A stretch of 59,503 nucleotides of DNA from an uncultured Clostridia bacterium (GCA_944381245.1 CALWKK010000003.1:1-59503); one strand, 5' to 3'. Shown: positions 31,398 to 40,772, numbered from the stretch's first letter. The notes: a model not told the origin generated them from the sequence alone. Program-made: numbers and translations.

Positions 31398-32855
31398 TTG
31401 AGCTTTTGCAAATTTTCATCACAAACTATAATTAATAATAAAACTGAAATAGATAATATTTTTATAAATGATTATCTTCCTTATGCAACTGATAATGCAG
31501 TTAAAGTTTATCTTTATGGCTTATATAAATGCTATAATTCAAGTTCATATGATAATAATATTGAATCCTTTTCTAAAATTTTACAATTAACAGAAGAAGA
31601 AATTATGAATTGTTTTAAATATTGGGAAAGTGAAGGACTAATACAAATATTAAATACAATTCCTGTTGAAATTAAATATCTTCCTTTAAAAAATATTATC
31701 AATAATACGAAAAAGTTTAAATTGTCAAAGTACGGAGATTTTTCAGCGAAAGCGCAAGAAATTATTGAAGGGAGAATGATAAGTCCAAATGAATATAACG
31801 AATATTTTGATACAATAGAAACTTTTCATATTGAACCAGAAGCATTTTTAATGATAATGAAATATTGTGTTAACACTAAAGGGGTTAATATAGGATATCC
31901 ATATATAGTAACTGTTGCAAAAAATTGGGCATATGATAATGTAAGAACAGTTGCTGAAGTTGAAGAAAGATTAATTTCTTATGAAAAAATTTCAGAAGAT
32001 TTAAAATTAATCATGAAAGCATTGGCAATAAAAAAAATTCCAACAATTGAGCAAAAAGAAATGTTTATAAAATGGACTAAAGAGCTTGATTTTAAAACTA
32101 ATGTTATTTTAAATATTATAAAAATAAATAAAAAACCATCCTATAATTTAAATTTTGAACAATTAGATTCTCTTATTTTAAAATATTATGAAATGAAACT
32201 TTTTACTATAAATGATATTGAAGAATATGAAAAAAATAAGATAAATTTATATAATTTAGCAAAAAAAGTTACAAAAGAATTGGGTCTATATTATGAAAGC
32301 CTTGACAGTATTGTTGAAAAATATATTACGAAATGGATAAATATGGGCTTTGAGGAAAATGCTATTATTAAAATTGCTCAATATTGTTTTTTAAATTCAA
32401 TTAGAAAATTTGAAGGAATGAATTCAATTGTGCAAAAATTCTATAAATTAGGATTATTAACTTTAATTAGTTTAGAAAAATATATTAATCAAATTTTAGA
32501 AGAAGAAGAAAAATTGAAAGATATATTATCAATAATTGATAGCAACAAAGTTATAACATCATTTGATAGAGAATTTTATAAAAATTGGAAATATAATTGG
32601 AATATGTCAAATGATTTAATAAAATATGCTGCAAGCTTATCTGTTGATAAGATTCAGCCTGTTAAATATATGAATGGAATTTTAGCTAAGTGGCATGAAC
32701 AAGGAATTATAAATATTGATCAAGCTTCAAATGTGTTAAAAAACAATAACAATATTAAAGAAGAAGATGATAATAAAAAACAATATATATCAAGAACATA
32801 TACAAAAGAAAATTTAAACGCATTATTTGATAGTTTAGAAGAAGTTGAAATTTAG
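31398..32855 (+). CDS. DnaD/DnaB-domain primosomal protein
   Basis: N-terminal NIFINDYLP..VKVYLYGL winged helix and repeated DnaD C-terminal motifs (YIVTVAKNW, YMNGILAKW). TTG start after GGGAGG. Confidence 0.85.
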   Translation: MSFCKFSSQTIINNKTEIDNIFINDYLPYATDNAVKVYLYGLYKCYNSSSYDNNIESFSKILQLTEEEIMNCFKYWESEGLIQILNTIPVEIKYLPLKNIINNTKKFKLSKYGDFSAKAQEIIEGRMISPNEYNEYFDTIETFHIEPEAFLMIMKYCVNTKGVNIGYPYIVTVAKNWAYDNVRTVAEVEERLISYEKISEDLKLIMKALAIKKIPTIEQKEMFIKWTKELDFKTNVILNIIKINKKPSYNLNFEQLDSLILKYYEMKLFTINDIEEYEKNKINLYNLAKKVTKELGLYYESLDSIVEKYITKWINMGFEENAIIKIAQYCFLNSIRKFEGMNSIVQKFYKLGLLTLISLEKYINQILEEEEKLKDILSIIDSNKVITSFDREFYKNWKYNWNMSNDLIKYAASLSVDKIQPVKYMNGILAKWHEQGIINIDQASNVLKNNNNIKEEDDNKKQYISRTYTKENLNALFDSLEEVEI

Positions 32856-32872
32856 GATAATTTGGTATAAAT

Positions 32873-33784
32873 ATGAATTACGATATAAAAAGAAAAATTA
32901 ATAAAATATTAAATAATAGAAGAATAAGAGCAATTGCTGTTGCAGAACAAAATTTAAAAATTGCTAGGTCTTTTGATATATATAGATTAATAGAAAAAAA
33001 AGAAGCAGAATTAAAAATTAAATTAGCTAATATTTTAGTTGAAAGCCCCAAGGTTGATATAACAAAAATTAATGCTGAATTAAAAAAATTAAATGAAATA
33101 AAAATAAAATTTTTAAAAAAAATTGGCTTAACTTTAAATGATATAGAACCAAACTATGTTTGTAAATTATGTAATGATACGGGTAAAGATAATTGTAAAT
33201 GTATTAATAAAATAAAAAGTGAAATTTTACAAGAAAGTTTAGGCATAAAATTAACAGAAGATAGTTTTGAAAAAGCAAAATATATAAATAAAGACTTGGA
33301 TAATGCATTAAAATTTATGGCAAAATGGTGTGAAAATTATCCAAATATAAATAAAAAAACTATTTTTATTTCTGGTGGAACTGGTGTTGGTAAAACATTC
33401 TTATCAAATTGCGTTGTAAATTCTCTTGTTTCTAATAATATATTTGTTTATTATGTTACAGCATTTAAATTAAATCAAATTTTTCAAGATAAATATTACT
33501 TAAAAAATATTTATGATGATAATTTTAACACTTTAATTGATTGCGATGTTTTAATTATTGATGACTTGGGAACAGAGCAATTGATAAAAAATGTTACAAT
33601 TAATTATCTTTATTTGATTTTAAATGAGAGAAATATTAATGAGAAAGCAACAATAATAAATTCTAATTTAGATGCAGATAATATGATAGACAGATATGGA
33701 GAAAGAATTTTTTCAAGAATTTTTGATAAAAAACAAGGGGTTGCGTTTAAGTTACTAGGTGATGACGTTAGATTAAAAAAATAA
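32873..33784 (+). CDS. DnaI/DnaC-like helicase-loader AAA+ ATPase
   Basis: CKLCNDTG..CKC zinc motif, GGTGVGKT, LIIDDLGTE, TIINSN, YGERIFSRI. Confidence 0.85.
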   Translation: MNYDIKRKINKILNNRRIRAIAVAEQNLKIARSFDIYRLIEKKEAELKIKLANILVESPKVDITKINAELKKLNEIKIKFLKKIGLTLNDIEPNYVCKLCNDTGKDNCKCINKIKSEILQESLGIKLTEDSFEKAKYINKDLDNALKFMAKWCENYPNINKKTIFISGGTGVGKTFLSNCVVNSLVSNNIFVYYVTAFKLNQIFQDKYYLKNIYDDNFNTLIDCDVLIIDDLGTEQLIKNVTINYLYLILNERNINEKATIINSNLDADNMIDRYGERIFSRIFDKKQGVAFKLLGDDVRLKK

Positions 33785-33812
33785 ATATAAAGAAATAAAA
33801 TTGGAGGGTTGT

Positions 33813-34733
33813 ATGATTTATGATGTTATAATAGTTGGTTCTGGGCCAGCAGGATTAACAGCAAGTATATATTCGAGAAGAGCTGGTAAAAGTGTTTTAA
33901 TAATAGAAAGAATGGTTCCAGGAGGACAGGTTTCGATAACTTCTATTGTTGAAAATTATCCTGGTATAAAAAAAACAGATGGCGCAACATTGGGATCAAT
34001 GATGTATGAACACGCAAATTCATTAGGTGTTGATTTTATTTTTTCTGAAGTGTTAAAATTTAAATTAAACGACAAAATAAAGAAAATTATAACGCATGAT
34101 GGAACATTTGAGGGAAAAAGTATCATATTATGTTTAGGAGCATCAGCAAAACAACTTAATTTAGAAAATGAAAAATTATTAACAGGTCATGGAGTTAGTT
34201 ATTGTGCAACATGCGATGGAAGTTTGTTTAAAGATAAGGTTGTAGCTGTTGTAGGAGGAGGAAATACATCTTTAGAAGATGCTTTGTATTTGTCTTCTTT
34301 AGCTCAGAAAGTTTATTTAATACATCGAAGAGATATATTTAAGGGAGATAATATTCTTGTTCAACAGGTTAAAGATAAACAAGATAAGGTCGAAATATTA
34401 TATAATTCTAAGATTATTAAATTAAATGGAGAAAAAAATCTTTCTTCAATAATAATAGAAGATTGTTTAACAAAAGAAAAACAACAAATTAATTGCGATG
34501 GATTGTTCGTTGCTATTGGAAGAAAGCCTGACACAGAAATTTTGGATAACATTGATTTAGATGAAAATGGTTATATAATTACGAATGAAAAAATGGAAAC
34601 TAATATTGAAGGTGTTTATGCTGCAGGAGATGTTAGGAAAAAACAAGTAAGACAAATTGTAACTGCTTGTAGTGACGGAGCTATAGCATCTGTTAACACT
34701 AACGAATATTTAATTAAAAATTTTGGGAGTTAA
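33813..34733 (+). CDS. trxB: Thioredoxin-disulfide reductase
   Basis: GSGPAG, ENYPG, CATCDG, VGGGNT, YAAGD. Confidence 0.95.
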   Translation: MIYDVIIVGSGPAGLTASIYSRRAGKSVLIIERMVPGGQVSITSIVENYPGIKKTDGATLGSMMYEHANSLGVDFIFSEVLKFKLNDKIKKIITHDGTFEGKSIILCLGASAKQLNLENEKLLTGHGVSYCATCDGSLFKDKVVAVVGGGNTSLEDALYLSSLAQKVYLIHRRDIFKGDNILVQQVKDKQDKVEILYNSKIIKLNGEKNLSSIIIEDCLTKEKQQINCDGLFVAIGRKPDTEILDNIDLDENGYIITNEKMETNIEGVYAAGDVRKKQVRQIVTACSDGAIASVNTNEYLIKNFGS

Positions 34734-36038
34734 ATGTTTAGGAAATTGTTTGGAACTGATGGTATTAGAGGTGAATGGGGAAATGATATTAACCCAGAAT
34801 TAGCATACGAATTAGGTAAAGCAATTTCTATATTATTCAATATTGATAACGATAATACAAATATAATAATTGGAAAAGATCCCAGGATATCAAGTGATAT
34901 TTTGGAATGTGCATTAATATCAGGAATAACTGCAATGGGAAGTAATGTTGTCAAATTAGGAGTTGTACCAACAGCAGTTGTTCCTTTTTCAATTAATGAG
35001 TATAAGGCAACTGCAGGCGTTATGATAACTGCTTCACATAACGAATCTAAATATAATGGATTTAAAATTTTTAATGGAAATGGGTTTAGAATATCAAAAG
35101 AACAAGAATCGCGTATTGAATACATTATTTCAAATAACTGTGATTATGTAATTAATAGATATAGCAAACTTGGTAAAATTAAAAATGGAATTAAATTTAA
35201 AAACAAATATATTAATTGTATAAAAAAAGAATTAGGTGAATTAAAAAATTTGAAAATTTTAGTAGACTGTGCTAATGGTTCTGCATGTAGTGTTGTCAAA
35301 AAAATATTTAACAAAAATTTTAGTTATATTTTTGATAATCCAAATGGATTAAATATAAATGAATACTGTGGTGCAAATCATATTGATAATCTTTGTAAAT
35401 ATATAAAAGATACAAATTATTATGATTTAGGTTTGGCTTATGATGGAGATGCAGACAGAGTTATATTTGTCGATAAATTTGGAGAAATTATACCCAGCGA
35501 ATATATAATATATAATTTATTAAAATTTTATAAATATAATTCTTTAGTAACAACAAAAATGTCAAATTCTGCATTAATTAATCAACTAGAAAAAGAAAAT
35601 ATTTTAACAAAAATAGTCGAAGTGGGGGAGAGTGCGATTATAACAGGATTATTAGAAAATAATGGTTACTTAGGGGTTGAAAATAATGGACATTATTTGT
35701 TTTTAAATAAAGGAAAAAGTAGCGATGGAATCTTATCTAGTATATTAATACTAAATATGTTAATTTGTATAAATAATTTTAAGACTCCCTTTAAGAATTA
35801 TTACAAAAGAGAAATTAATATATATTTAAATAATAAAGATAATATTTTATCTAATCAAAATTTGAAAAATAAAATAGAATTATGTGAAAGTTTATTAAAT
35901 GAAAATGGAAGAATATTAATTAGGCCTAGTGGTACTGAAAAAGCTTTAAGAGTATTAATAGAAGGAAATAATCAATTAATCATAAAAGAAATTGAAGATG
36001 TTTTAATAAAAGAAATTGAAAAATATAAAAATATATAG
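34734..36038 (+). CDS. glmM: Phosphoglucosamine mutase (alpha-phosphohexomutase family)
   Basis: FGTDGIRG, TASHN, DGDADR, RPSGTE. Confidence 0.85.
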   Translation: MFRKLFGTDGIRGEWGNDINPELAYELGKAISILFNIDNDNTNIIIGKDPRISSDILECALISGITAMGSNVVKLGVVPTAVVPFSINEYKATAGVMITASHNESKYNGFKIFNGNGFRISKEQESRIEYIISNNCDYVINRYSKLGKIKNGIKFKNKYINCIKKELGELKNLKILVDCANGSACSVVKKIFNKNFSYIFDNPNGLNINEYCGANHIDNLCKYIKDTNYYDLGLAYDGDADRVIFVDKFGEIIPSEYIIYNLLKFYKYNSLVTTKMSNSALINQLEKENILTKIVEVGESAIITGLLENNGYLGVENNGHYLFLNKGKSSDGILSSILILNMLICINNFKTPFKNYYKREINIYLNNKDNILSNQNLKNKIELCESLLNENGRILIRPSGTEKALRVLIEGNNQLIIKEIEDVLIKEIEKYKNI

Positions 36039-36165
36039 TGTGCTATGCTAAATACTACACTATATATTGTATTATTAATTTTTTATAAATATTAATAATA
36101 TATAAAATATAATTATTTGTTATTTTCTTGTTATATAGTTAATTTAATAAAAATATAAATATAAT

Positions 36166-36846
36166 ATGTTTTTAGTTTTAAAAAGAAAAATTTTAATCAT
36201 ATCTTTATGCATTCTAATATTACTTGTAAGTGTTATATCTGTAACGGCAGTTAAGGTGTCGTCAACGCCAAAAGCTAATTATACAATAGTCATCGATGCA
36301 GGACACGGTGGAATTGATCCGGGATGCGAAGGAAATTTAGAAAATAGTAATGAAAGAATTTTAAATTTAGAATACGCTAAAACATTAAAATCATATTTAA
36401 CTTTATATGGATTTCATGTTGTAATGACAAGAATAAATACAGATGGTTTATATTCAGCTTTAGCAACAAATAAGAAAAAAGATGATATGCAAAAAAGAAA
36501 AGAAATAATTGAAAAATCAAACGCAGATTTGGTTATAAGTATACATATGAATTCATATTCATTAAAGTCTGTTAGGGGGGCACAGGCGTTTTATAATCCT
36601 GAAAATGAAATTTCAAAAAATCTTGCTAATTCAATACAAGAACAATTTTTAAAAGATTTACCAAAAGCGAAAAAGACTTCAAGTGTTGGGGATTATTATA
36701 TTTTAAATTGTACAAATATCCCAGCTGTAATAATTGAATGTGGTTTTTTAAGTAATTACGAAGAAGAAAAACTGTTGCTATCATCAGAATATAAGGATAA
36801 AGTTTGTTATTCAATTTTATGTGGGGTTTTAAAATATTTAAATTAA
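36166..36846 (+). CDS. cwlD: N-acetylmuramoyl-L-alanine amidase (Amidase_3, CwlD-like)
   Basis: N-terminal TM, IDAGHGGIDPG, KKKDD..R, SIHMN, GAQAFY, IECGFLSN. Confidence 0.8.
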   Translation: MFLVLKRKILIISLCILILLVSVISVTAVKVSSTPKANYTIVIDAGHGGIDPGCEGNLENSNERILNLEYAKTLKSYLTLYGFHVVMTRINTDGLYSALATNKKKDDMQKRKEIIEKSNADLVISIHMNSYSLKSVRGAQAFYNPENEISKNLANSIQEQFLKDLPKAKKTSSVGDYYILNCTNIPAVIIECGFLSNYEEEKLLLSSEYKDKVCYSILCGVLKYLN

Positions 36847-36916
36847 AATTGTTTTAATTTTATAAATTTTATGATATAACTATAAAGCAAATTTATAAAC
36901 AAATAAAGGAGAAACG

Positions 36917-37159
36917 ATGGATAAAAATAATGAAGAAATGGTAAGGAACACATGTGATAATCAAAATAAACAAATGAAATATAGTAAAGAAACAACAATA
37001 GGCGAAGTGTTAAACGACAGTCCAGAAAACAAAGCTATTTTGGAAGGATTCGGCTTACATTGCTTTGGTTGTCCAATGAGTCAAATGGAAACATTGGAAG
37101 AAGCAAGTATTAATCATGATATAGATTTAGATTATATGCTAGAAAAATTAAACAAATAG
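36917..37159 (+). CDS. DUF1858-like small Cys protein
   Basis: TTIGEVL..GLHCFGCP.SQ.ETLEEA...H.ID. Confidence 0.85.
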   Translation: MDKNNEEMVRNTCDNQNKQMKYSKETTIGEVLNDSPENKAILEGFGLHCFGCPMSQMETLEEASINHDIDLDYMLEKLNK

Positions 37160-37192
37160 AAAGGATGATGTCAATGACATTATCCTTTTTTT
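37160..37192. terminator. Intrinsic terminator between the DUF1858 gene and tRNA-Ser
   Basis: AAAGGATGATGTCA/TGACATTATCCTTT plus T tract. Confidence 0.75.
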
Positions 37193-37207
37193 AGTATTAA
37201 TTAACTT

Positions 37208-37296
37208 TGGCGGAAAGGGCGGGATTTGAACCCGCGGTGGCTTTCAACCACACCGGTTTTCGAGACCAGCACATTCGACCTCTCTGACACCTTTCC
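37208..37296 (-). tRNA. tRNA-Ser(CGA)
   Basis: GGAAAGG/CCTTTCC acceptor, loop CT-CGA-AA, long variable arm, G73 and CCA. Confidence 0.95.
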
Positions 37297-37370
37297 TTAT
37301 ACAATTTATATTATATATTTTTTTATTATATTAATCAAGTATTTTAAATTCAATATTCTTTTATATCATA

Positions 37371-37399
37371 TTGCATTTTTTTCTGTTATATAATATAAT
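37371..37399 (+). promoter_or_regulatory. sigmaA promoter of the OLE-like RNA
   Basis: TTGCAT-17bp-TATAAT. Predicted start ~37405-37406 coincides with the 5' strand of the closing stem. Confidence 0.7.
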
Positions 37400-37405
37400 A
37401 TTAAT

Positions 37406-37968
37406 GGAGACGCAGTATTCTAGTCAAATAGATTTACCCGGAAGACGTTAAAGGCGTTAAATGGCATATCTGTGAAGTTTCTGGTGTTGGCTTTGGTTGC
37501 CCAAACTGGGGCTTATGCTGGAAGTTAAGAATTATGGGAGTGTTATAATGGCATATAATATCAACCCATTTTTCGTGGAGACCTAAACTTGGTGAATTTA
37601 TTGAAATTTACTATTTAGGTAGAACCTGCATTGCGGTAAAAAAAATTGCTGTGTGCAGTGTAGCCAGCCTTGAGTGAAACTGTTGGGATAAAACTAATAT
37701 TATATTTGAAATGGCCAACAAATTTAATATGTTAAAGTTTTTGAAATTCATTTTGCAAAATAGGATAAGGGTAAAAATCATTTGTTTGAGAAATTCTCTA
37801 GACTGTTCACTTTTGTAGTGTTTTGTTTCGGGGATTATAGTGTGGTCTTAGTGGCGATTCGGTGATGTCTGTTTAGTAAATGGAAACAGCTTGTTCGGCG
37901 ACGACAAGTTAAACAGCGGGAAATCCAACCGAACCTATGCTGCAAGGTTTACTCGAAGCATTGTCTCT
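37406..37968 (+). ncRNA. ole: OLE (ornate, large, extremophilic) RNA, divergent copy
   Basis: ORF-free and more GC-rich than flanks. Carries segments I recognise as OLE-conserved: CAGTATTCTAGTCA, TGAAGTTtCTGGTG, GTTAAGA, CGTGGAGAC, GTGCAGTGTAGCCaGCCTTGAGTG, TTTGCAAAA, CTAGACTG, GGGATTATAGTGTGGTCT. Nested long-range stems are visible and an oapA-like gene follows. Confidence 0.88.
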
Positions 37969-37975
37969 AATTAAA

Positions 37976-38016
37976 GAAGAAGAGTATTATCATTACATAT
38001 ATATCTCTTCTTTTTT
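37976..38016 (+). terminator. Intrinsic terminator between the OLE RNA and oapA
   Basis: AAGAAGAG...CTCTTCTT followed by a T tract. Confidence 0.6.
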
Positions 38017-38055
38017 ATTTGTGATAAATTAAAAAAAATGCTATAAATATATATT

Positions 38056-38724
38056 ATGAAAGATAATGAAAAAGAAAACGAAATTTATTCTTCTTTAGAA
38101 GAATCTAATCTTGAAAATTTAAATTTAAAAAAAAATGATTTAAAGAAAAATGATTTAAAAAATATAACAAACAAAGCAACAAAAAAGAAAACTCAAAAAT
38201 GGTGGATTTGGCCAATTAAAATTTTAGTTATAACTTTGTTTTTATCTCTTTCATTCAGTGTTTTAAGTGAGTTGTTATTAACTAATGTTGGAATCATAGT
38301 TTCAATATTTATTATTTTGTTTTTATTAATTATAGGTATAATTACTGATATGATAGGGGTTGCGACAACAGCTTGTCAAATTGAACCTTTTGCAGCAATG
38401 AGATCAAGAAAAGTCAAAGGAGCAAAGTTTGCAATGATTTTAGTTAAAAATGCAGAAAAAGTTTCAAGTATTTGTAATGATGTTGTAGGTGATATTTGTG
38501 GTATTTTATCTGGAGCAGCTGGTGCGTCTATAACTTTAAAATTTATTTCGGAAAATATGGGAGATTCTGTAAAAATTTTAATTGCTGGTGCAGTTAGTGC
38601 GCTTATTGCTGGCTTAACAATTTTTGGTAAAGCAATATGCAAAAAATATGCAATAGATAATTGTACTAAAATTGTTTTAGGTGTTGGAAAATGTTTCAGT
38701 ATATTTAACAAAAAGGATAAATAA
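38056..38724 (+). CDS. oapA: OLE-associated membrane protein OapA (DUF21/CNNM-like TM domain)
   Basis: About four TM helices, DMIGVA, PF.AM.SRKV.GA, and CNDVVGDICGILSGAAG (DxxxD plus GxxxG). Immediately downstream of the OLE-like RNA. Confidence 0.85.
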   Translation: MKDNEKENEIYSSLEESNLENLNLKKNDLKKNDLKNITNKATKKKTQKWWIWPIKILVITLFLSLSFSVLSELLLTNVGIIVSIFIILFLLIIGIITDMIGVATTACQIEPFAAMRSRKVKGAKFAMILVKNAEKVSSICNDVVGDICGILSGAAGASITLKFISENMGDSVKILIAGAVSALIAGLTIFGKAICKKYAIDNCTKIVLGVGKCFSIFNKKDK

Positions 38725-38749
38725 AAATTTATTTATTATCTTATTATAT

Positions 38750-38780
38750 AAAAATCTACTAAACAGAGTAGATTTTTTTT
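38750..38780 (+). terminator. Intrinsic terminator after oapA
   Basis: AAAAATCTACT/AGTAGATTTTT plus T tract. Confidence 0.75.
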
Positions 38781-38856
38781 ATAAAAAAATTTTTTAAGTA
38801 TAATTATAATTTATTTATGAATTTTAATAATTTTTTAATATTTTTATAAAAAATAG

Positions 38857-38962
38857 CATGAATAAATATGCAAAAAACACTTGCATAATTATAAATTATA
38901 TTGTATAATCATTAAAAATTAAAAAAAAATTATGAATTTTTATAAATTTATAATTATTCAAA
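38857..38962 (+). promoter_or_regulatory. argR promoter with overlapping ARG boxes
   Basis: TTGCAT(38881)-17bp-TATAAT(38904). ARG-box-like 18-mers CATGAATAAATATGCAAA, CTTGCATAATTATAAATT and TATGAATTTTTATAAATT. Confidence 0.7.
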
Positions 38963-39020
38963 ACAAAAAAAATACCCTAAAATAAAGGGAAATAGCGATA
39001 TTTAATAAGGAAGGAATAAA

Positions 39021-39479
39021 ATGGCTCGTTCTGTTAGACAATCTAAAATTTTAGAATTAATATCAACTAAAGAGATAGAAACTCAAGATGAATTGGTTGA
39101 ATGTTTGCGTAATTCAAATTTTGAAATAACGCAAGCAACTATATCTAGAGATATTAAAGAGTTGGGATTAATAAAAATTTTAAGCGCCGAAACAGGTAAA
39201 TATAAATATTCTATTGTAGATTCTGGAGAGCAAGCCGTTTCAAATAAATACATATCAATTTTTAAAGAAGCTGTAATATCAATTAAATCAGCTCAGAATT
39301 TAGTTGTTTTAAAAACAATAAAATCAATGGCCAATTCTATATGTTCTTTAATAGATAAATTAAATTTAGATTCAGTATTAGGCGCTGTTGCAGGTGATGA
39401 CACAATAATGATAATATTACCAACAAATGATCAAGCTAATAAAGTGGCCCATACAATTGAAGATTTAATAAGAAAATAA
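39021..39479 (+). CDS. argR: Arginine repressor
   Basis: RQ.KI..I..IETQ.EL, TQATISRDIKEL, VLKT, AGDDTI. Confidence 0.96.
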   Translation: MARSVRQSKILELISTKEIETQDELVECLRNSNFEITQATISRDIKELGLIKILSAETGKYKYSIVDSGEQAVSNKYISIFKEAVISIKSAQNLVVLKTIKSMANSICSLIDKLNLDSVLGAVAGDDTIMIILPTNDQANKVAHTIEDLIRK

Positions 39480-39503
39480 ACACGAATTATTTCGTGTTTT
39501 ATT
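39474..39503. terminator. Bidirectional terminator between argR and the recombinase
   Basis: AAACACGAA/TTCGTGTTT. Confidence 0.65.
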
Positions 39504-39540
39504 ATTGTATATTTCTTAAATATTATATTACCAATTATAG

Positions 39541-40572
39541 TTATCTTAATTTTACTTTGGTTGAAGCTTTTCTTCTAATATCTTCATCTATTGCAGCATA
39601 ATGTTTTTTTGTTGTGTTAACGTCTTTATGACCAAGAACATCTGCAACAATATAAATATCTTGTGTTTCTCTATATAACGAAGTGCCGTATGTGCTTCTC
39701 AATTTATGTGGCGATATTTTCTTTAATGGTGTTACAACTTGACTATATTTTTTTACTAAATTTTCAACAGCTCTTGGAGTTATTCTTTTCCTTTGTAATG
39801 ATAGAAAAAGGGCATTATCATCTTTTTCTTTAGTTTCTATATTTTCTCTTATCTCTAAATATTTTATTAATGCCTGCTTAACTTCATCAGAGAAATATAA
39901 AACAACTTCATTGCCTCCTTTTCTGGTTACTTTAAAACTATTATCTTCTAAATTAATATCCTTAATATTTAATCCAACACATTCACTTATTCTTATCCCA
40001 GTCCCAAGAAATAGTGTTAACATAGCAATATCTCTTTCCTTAGTTAAAATATTATATTTAATTTCTCGATTCGTTAATTTTTCTGGGAATTCGACTTCAT
40101 CTAATAAATTAGCAACTTCATCTGGCTCTAATCTTATAATTTCTTTTTCATGTATTTTAGGAGTTGTTATTTTACTTAATATATTTGCATTGATTAAATC
40201 TGAGTTATATAGATATTTAAATAAGCTCCTTATAGCTGATAATTTTCTTGCTTTACCTTTTTCTTTATTTATATGAATTTTACCGTCTTTTTCAAAAAAT
40301 GATAAATAACTTAAAAATCTTTCAATATCTTTAGATATTAAATTATTAATAATATTAAGATCAATATTTTTTTCAGAAATTTTATTGTTTTCTGACAAAT
40401 AATTAAAAAACAATTTTAAATCAAATAAATAATTTAATCTTGTTAAACTTGATGTGGTGTTTTCTATTGATATTATAAAATCATTTACGAAGGAGGGGAA
40501 ATGTTTTAATTCCTCTTTGATTTTTTTTTGATTTATTAAATCTCTTTCTGAGTGATAGCTCGATTTTCCCAT
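39541..40572 (-). CDS. XerC/XerD-family tyrosine recombinase
   Basis: Complete catalytic set GIRISE, RKGG, HKLR, LGH, HYA plus an N-terminal SAM-like domain. Core-gene context. Confidence 0.9.
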   Translation of the reverse strand: MGKSSYHSERDLINQKKIKEELKHFPSFVNDFIISIENTTSSLTRLNYLFDLKLFFNYLSENNKISEKNIDLNIINNLISKDIERFLSYLSFFEKDGKIHINKEKGKARKLSAIRSLFKYLYNSDLINANILSKITTPKIHEKEIIRLEPDEVANLLDEVEFPEKLTNREIKYNILTKERDIAMLTLFLGTGIRISECVGLNIKDINLEDNSFKVTRKGGNEVVLYFSDEVKQALIKYLEIRENIETKEKDDNALFLSLQRKRITPRAVENLVKKYSQVVTPLKKISPHKLRSTYGTSLYRETQDIYIVADVLGHKDVNTTKKHYAAIDEDIRRKASTKVKLR

Positions 40573-40719
40573 AAAATATATTATCTACATTATCCAATTT
40601 ATGTCAATCTTTTTTTATTTAAATTAATAATTAAAGCTTTAAAATACAATATTTTGTGTATATTATTTTTATAATACACAATTTTATTATAAAAATTCTA
40701 AAAAAAATATTATAAAAAC

Positions 40720-40748
40720 TTGCATAAGATATATAATTGTTTTATAAT
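40720..40748 (+). promoter_or_regulatory. sigmaA promoter of serS
   Basis: TTGCAT-17bp-TATAAT about 25 nt upstream of the ATG. Confidence 0.65.
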
Positions 40749-40772
40749 TCATTTAGTAAAGGAGTTTAATAA

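Noticed and set aside
31398-33784. Phage replication module or IS21 IstB
   Set aside because: No IstA transposase or phage genes. Size, zinc motif and core context fit the chromosomal primosome pair.
36030-36070. Hairpin TATAGTGT...ACACTATA after glmM as a separate RNA element
   Set aside because: Short AT-rich stem overlapping the stop codon, at most a weak terminator.
37406-37968. RNase P RNA, tmRNA, T-box or self-splicing intron as the identity of the long non-coding region
   Set aside because: No GAGGAAAGTCC RNase P core, no tRNA-like GGGG...CCA ends or tag ORF, no T-box, and no interrupted host gene. OLE-like motifs and an oapA-like neighbour explain it better.
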